Of a stretch of DNA of 64,000 nucleotides, positions 1-14,400 are shown one piece after another (within the stretch, counting starts at the first letter, position 1; the number at the start of each line of letters is the position of its first letter). The stretch is from NCBI RefSeq assembly GCF_002105155.1, contig NW_019028979.1:62001-126000 (forward strand), written 5' to 3'. The stretch is from Lobosporangium transversale (Eukaryota). A program made the position numbers and the translations under genes. A model generated the notes under the pieces. That model searched no databases, was not told the origin of the DNA, and saw nothing but the letters and a program-made list of their open reading frames with translations.

Positions 1-258
1 TATTCAAATAATATTTAACAGTTCATTATACATCTGGTTTCTTTAACGTTCTGTTTGTTTTGTGAAGCACTAGGTGGTTCATTACTGCTGTTTAAGCTAG
101 TCTTCAAAAAACCCCCGTTCAGGGCTCTATTACTTTAGTATAAAAAAAAAGACGTTTGCCATAAACATTCTAATTTGAGCTACAACATGTACATGTACAA
201 TAAAATCTTCAATCCGTTGATTCACACTTCTAGTGTTGTCCTAGGCATGTCATGGAGA

Positions 259-295
<37 letters not shown>

Positions 296-2078
296 GAATA
301 CTGTACATGTATAATACATGATGCATTTCTAAAATATCTTTGCTCGCGTTTTTGAGAGCTTCACCAGAAATGTACCCTATGCTTAAAAAAATGTTTGTCA
401 TGGCAAAGCGAGAACGCTCATAATGATGATGGCTATCATAGAATTTTTATTCTATTCTATTTATCAATATAATAAATACACGTTCAACATTAATGAAGTT
501 CCATTACATCGTGAGGTAAGGCTTCATCCGGACTCTCGGGTAAAAAGAAAAAAGTCGGACCAAGCTATTTGGTGTACGAACGCTTGAGGTTATAGTGAGC
601 GTGCACCGTGAAATATCAGTATTGCTTGGCATTTGTCTCGACAAGTCAATAGTGAAATAGAGCCATTCTCAGATTGTACTACAGCCCATTAGTCGATTAA
701 TGAAATGAACTGTTCCACAGTTTGACATTCCTTGAAGGTTGGAACCATGCAATTTTTCAAACAGTATGTACATGTACTACATGCAAACAAATATATACAC
801 ATTTGATACTTCCATATACTTTATATTAATACAATTGGCATAATATACATAAAAAAATAAGCATTTCAGGCAAGAAAAGGAGAGACAAGTGAGAATGCGA
901 AGGCGAATGAAGAGTAGCTTTAGACTCATGGTATGGAATGGATTTCGTCTTTTTTTTTTTTTAAGGTTGCCTCTTTTTTATTTTTGTCCCTTTCCTCTCT
1001 TCTTTCATTTCCTTCTCTCCTTCTCTTTCCTCCTTCGCTCTCTCTTTTGCACAACCCTCTTCTTTTTTCTTTTATTCCTTCCTCTCTTTTCAGGAAACAC
1101 TCTCTCGGGCGCTTGATCTTCTACCCAGTCAACCCTCTCTCGTCCACTCCTAATTCTCACTATTATCGCTTAACGCCTCTTCCGTCTTATATCCAGGCCC
1201 CTATTTTTTGTCGACATAGTCCTCTTTATCTCTCTCTCAACCACTTTCGACACCTTCAATATCCAGACCAACAATTTCTTGTTTTGGCCCGATAGCCGTT
1301 GTCCATCCTAGAACAACCCTTCCTCCTTTCCTTCATCCTACGTACTTTACAGGATATCAGGTTAATCTTTTCTCTGTTCGTCAGCCAGAAAAGCAGGTGC
1401 GTGAAATGATTTGCAAACCCGACCCAGTCTAATTTGGATTTAATTTAGTGGTCAACCCACAGACAACAATACAGGAACAAAGTTACGCCTGGTACAACAC
1501 GACACAAATATAAAACAGGGGCAAAAGGAGTGAGAAGCGAAACAGATTGATCATTAATCCAAATAATACTCCAATGCATATGCACTTGAGGAAAAAAAAG
1601 AGTAAAGAGACCAAAAGAATACTGGGTTGCATATCTATTAAGGGATATACAATGGTTTGAGATGCACCTTTCTCTGCACTTGGACCACTCTTTTTGATAC
1701 ATTTTTAAACTGCGGAGGAGGTGGTGAGAATCAATACCTGAATTCCTTCGTTTGATATCCATAATCATAGGAGGATGTCATCCAATGCAACCATGTATCA
1801 CCGACTCTTCAACACATGGGCACTCTCTATTTCCAATAGTCTCTTGCTCTTTTTTCTGCACCTAATAGTGCTATTTCAGTTGGGATCAAAATCTGAGAGC
1901 GTTACCAGAGACAGGGCGAAAAAGATACAGTTTTATTATAGTTATTATTATATTTTTATTATTATCAGTGTGGGAGAGCTCACATCTTATTTCCGATTTC
2001 CCGCTTTGTTGCAGTCCCCAATTAAGATTAAACATAGGCCTTCCCATCCATTCACTGTCGTAAAATTCGTTCCGTGCG

Positions 2079-4641
2079 ATGAATACTTATTCTTCGAAAC
2101 CCATGGCCACATCACTGGCTATTGTCGCGCTCACGTCCTTGGCGTGGATCAAGGGCGTCTCTGCCGACATTGCTTTTGCAAAGTTCGCACCCGGGACAAC
2201 AGTCGCCCCTGGCCAAAGCATTGTTCTCAACTGGACTATAAACAACGCCAATGTTGCCGTTCCCAGCACTGAGCCCTTCGACCTTACACTCCGCGCCCTT
2301 AGTGGGCAGAGATACAACATCCAGCGTAATGTTTCCCAGACTCTACTTCGATTTGATGTTGTCATCCCCAAAGAAGCTACTGGAGGTTTTGTATGTAATT
2401 CTTTGAAAGGAATCATCAAACTGCTGTACTAAAAGTGTTTTGACCAACCATATCCGTAACTAATATATTGAACTGTTATCTCTCACTCAACAGCATAGTT
2501 TCTATGCTGGTTACACTGATGGAAGAAGGGACAGCTCGAATCAATTTAACGTCACTGGCCCTATTGTCACAACTCCGTCTAGGCCTGATCCTACTGATAC
2601 TGTAGCTCCTGGCGATCATTCAACTGTGGCTCCTGAAGGATCTGGTGGACTTTCTGGTGCTGCCCTTGGAGGTATCATTGGTGGTGTGACCGCTTTATTT
2701 TTGATTGTTGCTCTTGTCTTTTTCATCAGAAATCGTCGACATGCCCGGGAGCGTAGCCAGCACACCCGACTTGAAGACACAAAGGAGAGTTATAGCGAGA
2801 CGTCGACAGCCCGCTCTGGTCCTCCCCCAACTGACCCTCTTGGAGGTGGAAAGAGTGATGGTATGGTGGCAATTCCTTTATCTGTTGCTACACACTCCGA
2901 GGATCGTCCTCGCGGTGATGAACACGGCAGTCCTCGATCGCAACAACAGCCTTATCAACTGCAGCATGTGAATGGCACTAGGAACCCCTTTGAAGGGCCT
3001 GAAGAGATAGCTGCGGCTCCTGTTATGGATGGTGCAACCTCTCTTTCGCCTAGACAGCAGCATCAGCCCTATCAACCTCCTCCTCGCCCTACCCAACAAC
3101 AGCCATATGGTGGCATTCAGCAAAATAGCCGTGGATCAGTGGATTCGGAGCCAGAGTCCGCTTATGATCCGAATCGCTCTCGTGTGATGCCCTCCAACGG
3201 TGGAAATGCCCCTATTCAACGCAACAACTCAAACCCCGTGATGCGCGGAGGCCCACCTGGCTCACAGCAACTTCATCATTCGGCTTCTTCAAGATCAATC
3301 GGAAGTGATGCTCGCCAGAACATGTCCCCTCGTATTCCAAATCAAAACCCTTTCCAAGATCGTGAGCTTATGTCTGCTGCCGCCATTCCTGCGGGGTCGC
3401 CTGCACTTGCACATAGTCAGTTGTCGAGTCCCGTAATGAGTCGTGCTGCTGCCTCGCCACGTATGAGAGAAATTGAAATGCAGCCCTTAGATGTTCAGCA
3501 GCACCAGTATGAACAGCAAATGCGCGCTTTGCAACGTCAACAACAGCAGCAGCAGCAGCAACAGGATCAACAACAGGCAACGGCAGCTCCTCAGCCCACT
3601 TCCCAACTTGCTTCCCAACCTGTCCCTCAACTTCCTCAACCTCCTCAACCTTCTCAACCTTCTCAACCTGTTCCTCAGTCCGCTCAGAATTCGTCCGCCG
3701 CTCCATCCTTGGCACCCATCTTGCCTTCTCACCCGTTCAACCCAACTCTTTATGATGACAAGACTGAGGTAGATGAGGATGGTGCACCTGTGTATAACGG
3801 CTACCGTGACACCATCTTTGGTGCTTATGCTCAGCCTGTAGGTGATGATGATGATGAGGAGACGCCTGTCCCAGCCGTTCCTGCTTCAGTCCTGAATGCT
3901 GCCAAGGACGGTGACCAAAATCAACAACAAGATCAGCAGACATCTAGTACCGAAGGTAAAGAAAATGTCCCTGGAATAACGCGCAAAAAATCTGTCAAGT
4001 TTGTGGGAGTACCAGCTTCTGGCCCTATTGAGGTCCCTGCTGCTGCACAAGACCAGGCACAAATGTATCACAGTGAGGGTGAGGAGGACGAAGATTATGA
4101 AGATGAAGACGACATTAAGAAGCGTCTTATGGAAACTGAGGCCCGTAACTCAGCTCCTGCTCAAGCTCTTGCCATCAACACTGCTAATCAGCAACAGCAG
4201 GAGACGACATCGAACGGAGGATTTATCCCACCACCACCAACATCAGGCGCTAGTCCTCTTGGCAGCTCTTCCTCTTCATTGGGTGATGGTTTTTACGAAG
4301 ATGTTCTGGCTGCAGTCGACAAGAATTCAATTTCAGCCTCTTCAACTACACCTGTGGTCCCACCTCCTGTTCCTCAGCAGCAGCCAATTCAGCAACAACA
4401 ACAATTTGTGCAACAACAGCACATCCCAGCGCCTCAACCTCAACATCTCCAGCCTGTTTTGATAGAGAATCAGGTCTTTGGTGCCCCTTCACCTAGGATG
4501 AAGCCTGCGGGAGCGACATCCCCAACGAGCCCATCATCGAATGCGCCTGCATTGTCGCCTCGGTCGATTGTTCCTCCTGCTGTCAAGCCACAGCATGCAG
4601 ATGATGAAGAAGCTCAGTTCTATGAGTCGTCGCTCTTGTAA
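2079..4641 (+). CDS. Single-pass type I membrane protein: signal peptide, small extracellular domain, TM helix, long Q/P/S-rich cytoplasmic tail. Exons 2079-2390 and 2494-4641
   Basis: Hydrophobic N-terminus (LAIVALTSLAWIKGVSA). GT-AG intron 2391-2493 joins the two ORFs in frame. TM segment GAALGGIIGGVTALFLIVALVFF is followed by a basic stop-transfer RNRR. The start could be 2079 or 2103. Confidence 0.8.
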
Positions 4642-4962
4642 AACCCTTACTAAGGATGTAGCAGAAAAAAAGTTTTCTTTATAGTATTTATTCAAACAGC
4701 CACCATCACCATCATTTACTTATTTACTTAGACAGCATTAAGCTACTTTTGTTTGTTTTTTTTGTTCTTTTTTACTTTTTTATGTCATAATTAAAAAGAG
4801 TCTCTCTATTCGAGCAACAATAAATTTTCTCCGTCTTTCCATATTGAAAAATATAATTCTTACCAATGTAGTGTTTTTTTATTTTTTATTTTTATTTTTT
4901 TTTATTCTAAATCTAATATTTACAACTACAACAATGATTATTTCCTTTTAAAAAATGGGGAA

Positions 4963-6508
4963 TCATCTGGTTGCACGTGTACTCTTCCGAAACAAGTTGA
5001 ACCGACTCTCTTTCCGTTTCTTGAGTTCTTGTTCCCTGTATTGGCCTTCTGCCTGGTCCTCAAAGAAGCTTGGCTCAAACAATGCCAAATGACCTTTGAT
5101 CCTCGCCACGTACCCCTCGACTGCGATCCCGTTTCCAAAGCTTTCCAAGAACGGTTTGTGGCAGTATGGTTCTGTATTTGCATCCAACTCCATCAATCGT
5201 TCCCAAAAGTCTTGTGCACCTCCTAAAGGATATGGAAATCGAATGTAATCCATTGCAAAGACCACCATGGGTGGCGTAGCCAATTTGAAGTTATCCTGGA
5301 TCTCCCGAGCCCAAGCCATGAGAGGCACACGCGATTGAGCCACTGGCAAGAGTTCTGGCGTTGCATGTGTGAAGACAATTATGAGCTTTGACCAGAACGC
5401 AGGCGTCAATAAGCTTTGGTATGTTTGAAGTGTCTGATGGAATGTATTATCATATCTGATATTGTTGTTGAAGTTGAAACAAGAAATAGTAAAATTTGAG
5501 TTGTGTTTCTCCAAAATGTTACAGCCACCTCCTTTTTTTGTATGCAAAAAGCTTTTCTAGACCCATTTCCAACAGTTTCGGAATAAATGAGACATGTGTA
5601 ACATGGTTATTGTAGTCTTTAAAAATAAAGCTCACCTGTATCGTGTGCATTTGACTACAAATAAGAATGCATCGACTCCTGCTGCAACCTTGGTCAAGAG
5701 GACTCCAAGTTCCTTAACTCGATGAGGATCATGGAGTTTGCCATTGAACGAAGGAGTGTCGATGCAATGCATTACTGGATTTGTAGGGATGTTTAGAAAA
5801 TGGTTCGTAGCTTTATCTACATGCTGTGTTACTTCCTATTCAATATATAAAAAGTTTGATTGAATGTTACCAGTCAGGAACAGGAAACATTTGTAAAAAA
5901 AGAAAAAAAGGAACAGTGCTAAGGGTCCGAGCCAGGATAAGGAAGCGATTCGGTGCAAAGAGGGATCGCTTAATCATGCATATTAATAAATTGGGGGGTT
6001 TTTTTATCGATGAATTGTTGTCCTGTCATCATTTGATGGAGGACAGGTCAGCAGTAGGCAAATTCTAGAAGGGAACAAAAAAACCTTTCTTATACTTACA
6101 CTGACAGAAGCTTTTGCCATGAACATCTGTCTGCCAAGAATTGAATTCAACAATGTGCTTTTTCCTGAAATGAAAATACAAGAAAACCATCACGATGTGA
6201 GATGGTCATTCTCTTAAGCTAATTTAAACACTTTTTTTTTTTTTTTTTTTTTTTCAAATACCTTCTCCACTTTTACCCAGCGCCACTATTGTGAACTCGC
6301 GGGCAGGCGGCATTGATTCCTCATCCTGCTGTTGATGTTGTTGTTGTTGTTGGAATTGTTGCTGATGATAATGATAATGTTGTTGTTGTTGTAAGGGCAG
6401 ATGTTGTTGTGATTGATATTGTCGTGGCTGTTGTGAATGTGCAAACTGGCCAGGGAAAGATAGTCCCAACTGCCTTGCCGATGATGATGCCTGACGTCCA
6501 GAATACAT
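4963..6508 (-). CDS. AIG1/GIMAP-type P-loop GTPase with a Q-rich N-terminus. Exons approx 6508-6262, 6164-6100, 5835-5636, 5455-4963
   Basis: Spliced product has G1 (IVALGKSGEGKSTLLNSILG), CIDTPS (G3-like), GVDAFLFVV and IIVFTH, a typical AIG1 motif order. All introns are GT-AG and keep the frame. Confidence 0.8.
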
Positions 6509-7073
6509 GAAATGTTAATCCAAGTGTATGATAATATGCTTGCGTCCTGAGTTGCTTTTTAGCCCCACGTTAAATAAAATCTGATGAGTAAGTTTGTCGA
6601 GACAAAGAAGAGAGAAGAAAAGAATAGAAAAAGATGAGAGAGGAATGGATATGTTTAATAAATATTATTACAAATGATACTGTACAGAGAAGAGGAAGGA
6701 AGAGGAGACCCTTTTACACTCAATGTCTATATTTATCAATGAAAAAGGGCTGCATGTGCCACACATACGGACAGGCGATGCCATGTCGGTAAATGAGCTT
6801 TTATTGGCACGACAAGATCTGCTTCTGTTGGCACAATGCCCCACTATTTCAATTTGTAACTATGCAAGTACATGTAAGTAAAAGTAAGCTCGTAAGTAAG
6901 CAAGCCAGCAAGTGAGAAAGATCTCAAGTTTATAGGTTATAAAATGCACTGTGGTATTTGTTTAACGAACAATGGCTAATTTATGATCCGTCTCACCCAC
7001 GGAGAACGGAAAAAAAAAAAAAAAACAAAGGAGTCTTGCTCCATTCCATCCATTTCCCTTTTCTTTTCTTTCA

Positions 7074-7078
<5 letters not shown>

Positions 7079-7104
<26 letters not shown>
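7079..7104. repeat. (CT)n microsatellite upstream of the MBOAT gene
   Basis: Direct reading of the sequence. Confidence 0.85.
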
Positions 7105-7105
<1 letters not shown>

Positions 7106-7177
7106 TTGGCTGAATATTTCAAACACAACCTCATCAGAAAGTTGTAACGAGTTCCGGCACTGTAGACAATACGGCAA

Positions 7178-9380
7178 ATGACTGGACATCAGGAACAAGA
7201 ACAGCATCCTCTGCTCCATGTCAACAACAACAACAACAACAACAACGATGTAGGACAGCAGGACCTTACTGACAAGCCAAGTACTTCTGGTACACAGTCA
7301 ACTTATAAGAAACGCGCTCAGGATAGAAGTACAAACCCACCATTATGGTACAAAAAGGAGTTCTACATCTATTACTTTGCCTTTGTCACCATTGTTCCAT
7401 ACATGTTCAAGACAGCACATGATGCAAGCTCCGGTCAGTTACAATTTCTTTTTTTTTTTTTTTTATATTTAATTTGAACACATGCGAATAAATGGAAATG
7501 GAAAAGGAAATGGATGGGTCGGTTGACTGACGGTATTAACATACTTTTTATAATTCCACTGAACTTCTTCCCTTTACTTTTACAGAGTCAAATCCAAACT
7601 ATGAGAAATACAAGGACTTGCTCTCGGATGGCTTTTTCGGATACAAAGTGGTAAGCTTTATTACATTCAATCCCAAACTGGAACAATGAATATAATATAT
7701 CTTGCTTCTTCGGCTTCTGATCTATGATTAGTATATTGGATGAACATGCTAATGATCAATCGAAATTTCGGCTGAATCAACAACACACTCAATAGGATAA
7801 TAGCGACGAACAATACGCCAATTTCCGCAACAATCTACCAACCCTTACACTCGTCTGCTGCTTTTATCTTCCTTTCAGCCATTTATTCCGCCGCATCTTT
7901 GTGCCAGTGACACCAGTAAAGTCACCTCTCCAACCACTGTACCGTACCTACTTTTTCCTAGCGTTTTCGATACTTTATCTATACTTCATGTATGGGAACA
8001 GTATCCTCAAAATTGGAACCATTGTCAGCATTAACTATGCCATTGCAAAACTGGGTGGATCGTCTCGATTGATGCCAGCATTAACATGGATTTTCAACAT
8101 ATCCATTCTCTTTTTGAATGAGAGCCATCAAGGATACAAATTCTCCAGTCTGCATGGATCTTTAGCATGGCTAGTAATACATCATATCGCATGCATCTCA
8201 TTTAATTTTATATGGCACCTCTTTTGCATGTATGATACATATAACTCTGTGCCTTCTGACATTCAGCCTCATTGATTTTATTAGGATAATCATAGCGATA
8301 TGTACGGTCGCTGGGACGTCAACTTCAACTTTACTATGCTTCGCCTTGTATCATTCAACCTGGATTATTATTGGTCTCTTAAACAGAAAAGGGAGAACAT
8401 TCCGGTGAGTTGAGTTGGCTAGTAATAGAGTTGGGCACATTTTCGCTAGGAGATATTTATGGTTAACAAATGGTCCCTCTTTCCCCATTATGTTAATAGA
8501 AAGAAGAGCGCGAAAAAGGAGTCATGACCGACAAAGAACGTGTCAATACACCTACATTTGCAGAGGATTACAACTTTATTTACTATCTTGCCTTTGCGCT
8601 TTATGCACCTCTTTATGTTGCTGGTCCCATCATGACCTTTAACGATTTTATTTCCCAGGTAAGGAATGAAGCTCATTATCACAATATATATTTACAAAAT
8701 TATACGAAAAACATTACCAACAAATCGATCTCTTTATCATTTCATTCTATGATCATATTATACAGCTTCGCTATCCAAAGCATATAACATCAAAGGCACT
8801 ATCCATGTGGGTCATACGTCTCATCATTTGTCTATCAACTATGGAGTTTACAATGCACTACATGCACATGGTGGCAATCAGCAAACGTCAGGCATGGGAA
8901 AACGATCCTATTCTTCAGATTTGTATGATTGGGCTTTTCAATTTGATCCTTATTTGGCTTAAGCTGATGATTATCTGGCGTTTCTTCCGGCTATGGGCGC
9001 TGCTGGATGGCATCGAAGCTCCAGAGAATATGATCCGATGTGTTGTCAATAACTATTCCGCATTGGGATTCTGGCGTAGCTGGCACAAGAGCTATAATCT
9101 TTGGATTTTGCGGTACATTTACATCCCACTTGGTGGCACACAGTACGCTATTTACAATATCTGGATTGTCTTCACATTTGTTGCAGTTTGGCACGATATC
9201 AACCTGAAGCTATTGGCCTGGGGATGGCTAATTTCTTTATTCATTCTTCCCGAGATCATTGCAAGCAAAGTATTTTCCAAGAAGAAGGTAAGATTATTGA
9301 TTATTTCGCATTGAAAAACAAGAAAAATTAATTTAAGACACCACCAATGGATTTCCATCTTGCGATGTTAACATGATCAC

Positions 9381-9415
<35 letters not shown>

Positions 9416-9670
9416 TGGGGCAAGTGGCCATACTACCGCCATTTATGTGCAGTAGGAGCAGTGAGTAATATCATGTTGATGATGATAGCAAATTTGGTGG
9501 GCTTCTGTATTGGCGTAGATGGAATGAAGATTATGTTACACGATCTCTTCTCAACTCTGCATGGTTGGTTGACCATGTTTTGCTGCTTTGGTGCGATTTT
9601 TATCTGTGCCCAGTTGCAATTTGAGGTTCGTGAAGAAGAGAAGCGGCGTGGCGTCTTTTTGAACTGCTAA
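7178..9670 (+). CDS. GUP1: GUP1/HHAT-like membrane-bound O-acyltransferase (MBOAT), about 7 exons
   Basis: Motifs DNSDEQYAQFR, FNFTMLRLVSFNLDY, YAPLYVAGPIMTFNDF, PENMIRC, FWRSWHKSYNLW and FVAVWHD (catalytic His). Confidence 0.92.
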
Positions 9671-11476
9671 TATAAGCAAAGTAGAGACAATATGGATCGA
9701 ATAAATGCGAGTATTTAAAAGAAGAAATAGTTTTAGTTGCTTGTGTGCAGCCTCACTGAATTCCAGTCGATGATGGTCCTTATTTTACAATCATTTACTT
9801 TCAAAGTGAGATGTATCAGGGCATGTACTCACACTGATCCAATATTGCTCTTTGACAAGAGATGAATGAGGTCTTTGAGCTGTAAACACATGTTCGTTTG
9901 AGACCAAAGTACATCTGGTTAGTACAAGAGAAAAAGATGGTTGACCCAGTGACACTATCGTAGTCAAAGCATTAACTTTAAAGATCACTAATAATGATCA
10001 CAACCACTTTGTTATTGTTTATTCGGAGTATTGTCATCTCTTTGAAGGGGTATCCGCCAATGTTGCACATATGCCAAAGGAATAGAACCGTGTTAAATGA
10101 CACAATTAGAGAGAGTTGTATGGCAAAACTATCAATAGTCCCTTTTTTTATTTTGTTTCTGTTGAAGGAGTGACATCAGATCGTGTGCTCGTTCCTCATC
10201 CTTTTTGATACATGTCCCTGTTTGACACATGCACAAGCATCATTGACATCGATAACAATTGGTTTTTAAGGAAATGCGGCTGGCGCGTGTCTCTCCCTCT
10301 CACTCTTTTTTTCTTTTTTTTTTTGCTGATAAAAATTGGCGACGATGTGCTTTTTATTTGTGAATTTGCAAGTATAGAAGTGTCATGCCAACTTTTATAC
10401 AATATATCAATTCTGTCTTGCTGAACAGCCACAACTAATGTCGGTTAGCTCGTCTTTTCACAAAAAAGGAGGGAAATGTGATCAAAAAAAAAAAAAAAAA
10501 AAAAAAAGAGTCAACCCCTTTTTTTATTTATTTTTTATTTTATTATTATATATATATATATATATATATATATTATCATTTTCTCTACTTTCTGTCAACA
10601 ACGACCCCATGAGCAACACAACGATCACGCTCTTACGCATGGTCATTCATTCTCTTTCTCTTCACGCTTATCTTTTCATGGTACTGTAGTATATCTTTTT
10701 TTTTCTCTCGATCTTTGGCTGACCAATCTTGTAATGATCTCGCCTGTGCTCAGAACTGTCGCTGTCTTTCTGATCCTGTAATATTTTCATAAGCTGACAT
10801 GTAACCATGCATTGACCTGCATGCCGGCCCTGTCGGGCAACTGTTGTTTAACATTAAGCACGCATACATGCAAAAAAAGAAAATAAAGGAAGTGCAAAGC
10901 GTTGGTGGGACAGAGCATGGGCGCACTTTATTTTTTTTTTTCTTAATTACATTTTTTCCCCTTCCCTTCTTTTCATTCCACTACCCTCTACTTCTTCCAT
11001 CCTTCTGTTCTTTCTACCTTTAAACTCCTACTTTCCTACTTCTTTTGCTTTCCTCACATTCATGTTAACAAAGGAAACTTCTTTTTTATTTTTTATTTTT
11101 ATATTTATTTTTTTTTTTTTGTATGCCTGTGTTTTTTGAACTTTACATTCCACATAAACTTTCGAGACATCTTTCATCCCTTTTTCCATATTTCTTCACT
11201 CCCTCGCCCCTCTTACATTCTTTCCCAAGTTCTGATCCTTAACCATTAATTGTCTGTTCTTTCTCCGTCCTTCATCTTCAATTGATAACGTTTTTTTTTT
11301 TTTTTTTTTTTTTTTCCCTAAACAAAAAAATTATATTGCCCAACAATCCAAAAGAGCAAGATTCTACTTCTTGGTCGACCTTCGCCATACCAACTGGATT
11401 CACTCTATTTTCCATTCACTATACGATTGTATTCTTATCGAGCCTTCCTTAAATACCAACAGAAGTTACCACTAAT

Positions 11477-14400
11477 ATGCCAGAACTACTTCGCCACAAG
11501 AAATCGATCACAATGATGAAGATAACAACGACACCAACTGCAGTTACAGTAGGAACGCCTTCTTCTCCTTCCGCTTCTCTCTTAACAATAACACCAACAC
11601 CAACAACACCTCCATCCAAGCCTTTACCCATTGCAACCGCTGCAGCCATCATGGTGTCAACAACAACAACAACTGGCAAAGCCGCGACAGTAGCGGCAGT
11701 GCTTGGAAGAGACGATCAATCTTCATCGTCTTCTGCATCGACTTCTCCCATCTCTTTGACAGCCTCTTCTCCAACCACAACAATATCACCAGCTTCGACA
11801 CAGCCTCTATCACCCATTTTGGTCAACGGCCTCGAAACATCATTTTTTGACCAGGCTACAGAAGCTCTGTCGCCGCAAAGGCCAAGATTATCACCATCAT
11901 CCTCGTCATCATCACTATCACTATCACTATCATTCTCATCCTCACCATCATCATCATTCACTAATCCTGATGAACAGTCTGCCATCCTCACTGCGGTTCT
12001 CCATAAAAAAGATTCGGGTACCTCAATGGCTTCAACCGCAACAGCGGTAGAAACAGGAGCGGAAGCAGAATCAACAGAGACAGATGTTTATCCTCCTGAA
12101 GTCTTTGAAGCAGGTACCAGCAAGGGAAACGACATCACTGGCACTGCTCATATCAACTGCAACAGCAGGAATTTGGCCAGAAAAGCCTCCGCAAGGCGGG
12201 TTCCTCAACCAGATACCGCTGGTCAATATTCCGCCACGATTGCCGCACCCACAGGTCGTGTCCTGACTCGTCCTCTTTCAACCTCCAAGCTCTCCTCCGA
12301 TCCAACTGCGGCGCCTCATATCCTTCCAATTCAACGTAACAACCTTGCAGGATTTAATCTCGCCACGTTGGGGCAGCTGTCCCCCTCTGCTTCCACTGCC
12401 GCTGCAGGAGGAATGATGACGATGTCACGGTCCGAGACACTAGCATTCTTAAACGCGAACTCAAATAACTCATACTTCACTGTCCATCCAGGATCCTCAT
12501 CCCGCGTGAGTAGTCAATATGGGGATTTACACGGACCAATGCAAGGAGGGACGGGGACTTCTGGAACTGCAACACAAAACTTAGATGGCATTGTGTTGCC
12601 AACGACGCAACCCGGCAGTAACAGCCGAACGACCATGTGTGGATCTGATGCAATCTCATTGTTGGACTTGGAAGACTCCCATAATGATCTGGTCATGATC
12701 GACAGTAATGGCAATAGTTCCGGAAGCGGTGTAGTCGGCCCTGCTATCGTGGGCGAGACCATTGCCTCTGCTTCAGCATTTGTTACAAGCAGTAGTGCCG
12801 GTAGTAATGGTAGTGCTAACCATCGTCATTTATCAGGTCCACAGCACCATAACGGAACGCTCTCTACATCCTCTGCAGCGCGTTTAAGCGGCATCGTAGG
12901 GTCCGGCAGCGGAAGTGGCAACGGAGGTGGATTGCATTTGAGTTCATCATCGAGTCATTTAGCTGGAGGGCCATTACCTTGCCCTCCTTCTTCTTCCAAT
13001 AATCATAACAATAATAATGGGCCGCGAGCATCGCTTCCATCACTGACGTCACAAGCAAAACGAGACGCGATGCAACGTGCAGCCATGATTGCAGCAATGC
13101 AGCAGAATGGTGGAACCAAAATTCTAGCGGCTCAGCGTGTAGGAAGGCGACAGGATCGTCCAAGCAGGAACATTCGCTTTGGGGAATTCCATCGAATCTG
13201 CGAGATTGAACATGAGTTCGATCAAGGAAAGGTAAAAAAAAAAAAAAAGGAAAGAAAAGAAAAGAAAAGAAAAGACATTATATATTTTAAGTTAATGCAT
13301 TAAACTTATTAATTTTTGTTGCCGCCAAAAACTTCAGCCTCTGATTGCCAATGGAAGGATATTGATACACACAGCGCGTGCTTTTCGGATTGAAGAAAAC
13401 TGTGAAAAACGCGAAGAACTGGTAATACAATGCCTTCACAATTTTTTTGATGCTTTCAAGTATTGAATTACCTTTTATTGTTTATATTATTATTTTTATA
13501 GACATGTATAAAAGAAACAAGAGTTGAAGAGCTTAATATCACATCCTCTATGTCCACATTCCAAATAGTTGTATCTGTTCTCAGATGTCCTGGTAACGGG
13601 AACCAAACTACCAACGCTTCCATCAGGCAAAAGCACAAACAAAATTGACAACGATGGCCACAAGCAGGGCCTTGAGCAGCATATATCATCCACATCCTCA
13701 ACAGCACAAAATCACAGTGACGTATCTAACTCTACAGAGATAGTCAACTCTGACAACAGCGTTTCTTACAACAAAAAGGATATCTCAGATGCAGTACAAC
13801 AGGAGCTACTTATGAAAACATTTATAGACAAAACTGAACGAAATGCCCCAGGCTCTACAACGTCCAATAACGAAATGCGCTCGGAGAACCCATATGCTGG
13901 ACATTTGAAAAATCAACATATCTCGAGATTGACTCAAGTACAAGCGGATGCGGTCGAAGATGATGGTATAGAGGATTATAGAAGATAAAAAAGAAGTCAA
14001 TGTAGTAATGTATCTTGTCGTTGTTGCTAAGGTCTTGAACTTATGTACTTTTTTTTTTTTTTTTTTTTTTTTGCTCCTTCAAACATACATAACTTGTATA
14101 ACAAGAACGACCACTGCTCAAGATCTCGGCTCCACAACTTTCGTTACTCCTACTATTCGAATCGACTCCAATTCGAGATAGCTTTTTGGCGCTGATCAAT
14201 GAGACGATTGTAGCCCACAAACATCATCTTCTCTTCCAATCCAAGTACTTGGCAGATCTCAAAAAGTTCAAGCGACATTCCGCCTTCTCATTCGACACTT
14301 CATTCCTTAAGACCTGGGGCATTCCTGGAGGCCTCAATCTTGGATCTATCAAAATCAACAATAATTTTAATAATGGCAGCGGTAATGGCGCCGTTGGGCC

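Noticed and set aside
889..2272. Short Phe/Leu/Ser-rich ORFs upstream of the first gene
   Set aside because: Translations of CT-rich promoter/UTR sequence or alternative frames, with no protein-like features.
9768..9840. Possible C/D snoRNA (ATGATG...CTGA)
   Set aside because: Imperfect C box, no convincing terminal stem, and no recognisable rRNA guide.
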